Virus record (IMG/VR): IMGVR_UViG_3300031963_000096 | Source: an uncultured virus (IMG/VR IMGVR_UViG_3300031963_000096) | Lineage: Duplodnaviria > Heunggongvirae > Uroviricota > Caudoviricetes | Strand: one strand, 5' to 3' | DNA: 20,000 nucleotides | In this document: positions 18,087-20,000 of the stretch, in pieces | Layout of the letters: every line of letters begins with the position of its first letter | Position numbering within the stretch: the stretch's first letter is position 1 | Program-made: the position numbers and the translations under genes | The notes under the pieces: model-generated | What the model was told of the DNA's origin: nothing | Database searches by the model: none | What the model saw: the letters and a program-made list of their open reading frames with translations, nothing else

Positions 18087-20000
18087 TGACAATAATTCAG
18101 ATAAAGTATTCAACAGCGAATACTGAACCAGCTAATGGACAACTATCTGCTGGAGAATTAGCTTACTCTGAAGTATCTAAAAAATTATTTATTGGTAATG
18201 ATTTTGGTACTGCCAATGTTATTGGTGGCCAAAAATATATTGACCTTCTTGAATCAAATACTTCTTTTGCATCACCTGGTGCAATTGTAATTCGTGATTC
18301 TCAAGGTTCTTTTTTTGGAAATGTAATTACAGCCAATTCTTTTGTTGGTAATCTTGCTGGAAATTTAGATGGTAATGCTGCAACAGCTTCACGACTAGCA
18401 AATAACTTTACAATTACATTGACTGGTAATGCAAACGGTAATGTAAGTCTCGATGGTTCTTCAAATGTAACTTTAAATGTTACACTTGTAAATACATCGG
18501 TTACAAGTGGTTCATACGGCAATACAAGATTTATTCCTACATTTACTGTTGGATCAGATGGTCGTATTACAGGCGTAACAAATGTCGCTATAGACTTTCC
18601 AGATTCAGCCGACTTTTCTCAAGATTCTTATAATCAAGCAAACTCTGCATATGCACATGCTAATGCAGCTTATCAAACTGCTAACACAGCAATTTACTCT
18701 AATGCACATTCTAATGCATCATTTAATGTAGCAAATTTAGCTTTAACTACTGCAAATTCAGCATCTTCATATGCAAATAGTGGTTTTGCGGTAGCTAATG
18801 TTGCAAATATTAACGCAATTTCGGCATCATCTTATGCCAATTCAGCATATCAAACAGCCAATTCTGCAAGTTCGTATGCAAATAGTGCCTTTATGGCCGC
18901 AAATACAGGATTATTATCATTCAATACTGCAAATGCGGCTTTTAATACTGCAAATACAGCATTAACTACTTCTATTAATACTGCTTTATTGTTAGTAGAA
19001 ATATTTGCTAATGTCACTTCGACCGAAGAATCTATTGCAACAGCTGGCAGATATGCTAATTCAGCTTATCGACATGCAAATGCTTCATTTAATACGGCAA
19101 ATACTAAGTTTAATACTTCTGGTGGTACAATTTCAGGTGATGTTAATGTTACTGGTAATCTTACAGTTACAGGAAATGTAACTTATGTAGCAACAAATCA
19201 ATTGAATTTAGGTGATGCAGTTATAACTTTAAATGCAGATTTAGGACAAGCTGCTTTACCAACAGAAGATGCTGGTATAGAAATAGAACGTGGTAGGTAT
19301 CAAAATTCTTCCATACTTTGGAACGAAACTTTAGACCGGTGGCAGTTTACTGATAATGTTTCAACAAGTAACATAGGTTCGGCTGCGGCTGAAGTCTATG
19401 CTAATGCGGCTTATGATGCCGCCAATGCTGCATATGCTTTTGCTGGTCAAGCGACTATTGCTGTTTCAGGTTCAGCTTTAGCTGCTAACGCTGCGGGGTC
19501 ATATGCTAATGCGGCATTTTTAAGAGCCAACGCTGCATTTAGTGGTACAACTGGAACACATTCTAATTCTGCATATGCTCATGCTAATGCAGCTTTTGCG
19601 GCGGCAAATTCTGCAACACCTCAAGCCGTTCAATCAGCTTTTGATAAAGCCAATTCTGCTTTTGATGCTGCAAATAATGCTTTTATTGCAGGTGGTCAAA
19701 TTGCAGGATCATATGCTAACTCAGCATACATTCAAGCCAATGCTGCTTTTAATCGTGCTAATTCTGCCAATAACTTAGTATTAGAAACCAGAACACATGC
19801 TAATTCTGCATTTAGTGAAGCAAATAATGCTACGTTGATTGGTCTTGCTGCTTTTGCTCTTGCAAATAGTATTCAGTTTTCTCAAGGTACTGAAATTGCA
19901 ACATATGCTTGGGTCAATAGTAATGCAGCTTATAATCATGCAAACGGAGCTTTTGTACAAGCTAATACCGCTAATGTACAATCTGTAGTATCGGGAATAT
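18086..20000 (+). CDS. Long tail-fibre-like protein with Mtd-N-like N-terminal domain; 3'-truncated (>638 aa), absent from the supplied ORF track
   Basis: ATG at 18086 (TAATG overlap). Manual translation gives MTIIQIKYSTANTEPANGQLSAGELAYSEVSKKLFIGND...GNAATASRL...GSYGNTRFIPTFTVGSDGRIT...ANSAYAHANAAY..., with no stop before the window end (...ANTANVQSVVSGI). IQIK.S....P...L..GELAY......LFIG resembles the major-tropism-determinant N-terminal domain. Confidence 0.88.
   Translation, partial: MTIIQIKYSTANTEPANGQLSAGELAYSEVSKKLFIGNDFGTANVIGGQKYIDLLESNTSFASPGAIVIRDSQGSFFGNVITANSFVGNLAGNLDGNAATASRLANNFTITLTGNANGNVSLDGSSNVTLNVTLVNTSVTSGSYGNTRFIPTFTVGSDGRITGVTNVAIDFPDSADFSQDSYNQANSAYAHANAAYQTANTAIYSNAHSNASFNVANLALTTANSASSYANSGFAVANVANINAISASSYANSAYQTANSASSYANSAFMAANTGLLSFNTANAAFNTANTALTTSINTALLLVEIFANVTSTEESIATAGRYANSAYRHANASFNTANTKFNTSGGTISGDVNVTGNLTVTGNVTYVATNQLNLGDAVITLNADLGQAALPTEDAGIEIERGRYQNSSILWNETLDRWQFTDNVSTSNIGSAAAEVYANAAYDAANAAYAFAGQATIAVSGSALAANAAGSYANAAFLRANAAFSGTTGTHSNSAYAHANAAFAAANSATPQAVQSAFDKANSAFDAANNAFIAGGQIAGSYANSAYIQANAAFNRANSANNLVLETRTHANSAFSEANNATLIGLAAFALANSIQFSQGTEIATYAWVNSNAAYNHANGAFVQANTANVQSVVSGI

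Noticed and set aside
1154..19981. Short minus-strand and alternate-frame ORFs (e.g. 1154-1483, 3510-3704, 7161-7358, 8356-8673, 11070-11483, 17796-18113, 19542-19778), some Cys-rich
   Set aside because: All are nested in long, well-supported + strand genes. Their Cys richness arises from antisense reading of GCA/ACA-rich codons, not from real precursor peptides.

Overview
AT-rich segment of a large T4-like (myovirus-type) phage genome, with every supported gene on the + strand. The flanks are virion-structural. On the left are a 5'-truncated VrlC/DUF4815-like giant structural protein, a small coiled-coil protein and a 1047-aa tail-fibre-like protein with a C-terminal autocleaving-chaperone-like domain. 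On the right are two small structural genes and a 3'-truncated fibre with an Mtd-N-like N-terminus. Inserted between them is a tightly coupled 8.5 kb, 8-gene cassette (8950-17502). It encodes four radical SAM/SPASM enzymes, a 199-aa protein ending in a CQxx-repeat Cys-rich tail resembling SCIFF/ranthipeptide cores, two paralogous very AT-rich helical proteins, and an ErpA-type Fe-S carrier. There is no peptidase, transporter or RRE. The best candidate for an undescribed system is this cassette, read as a phage-encoded RiPP-like machinery that post-translationally modifies (probably thioether-crosslinks) a virion/tail-associated protein and brings its own Fe-S supply. Family assignments come from motif recognition by eye, not from database searches.
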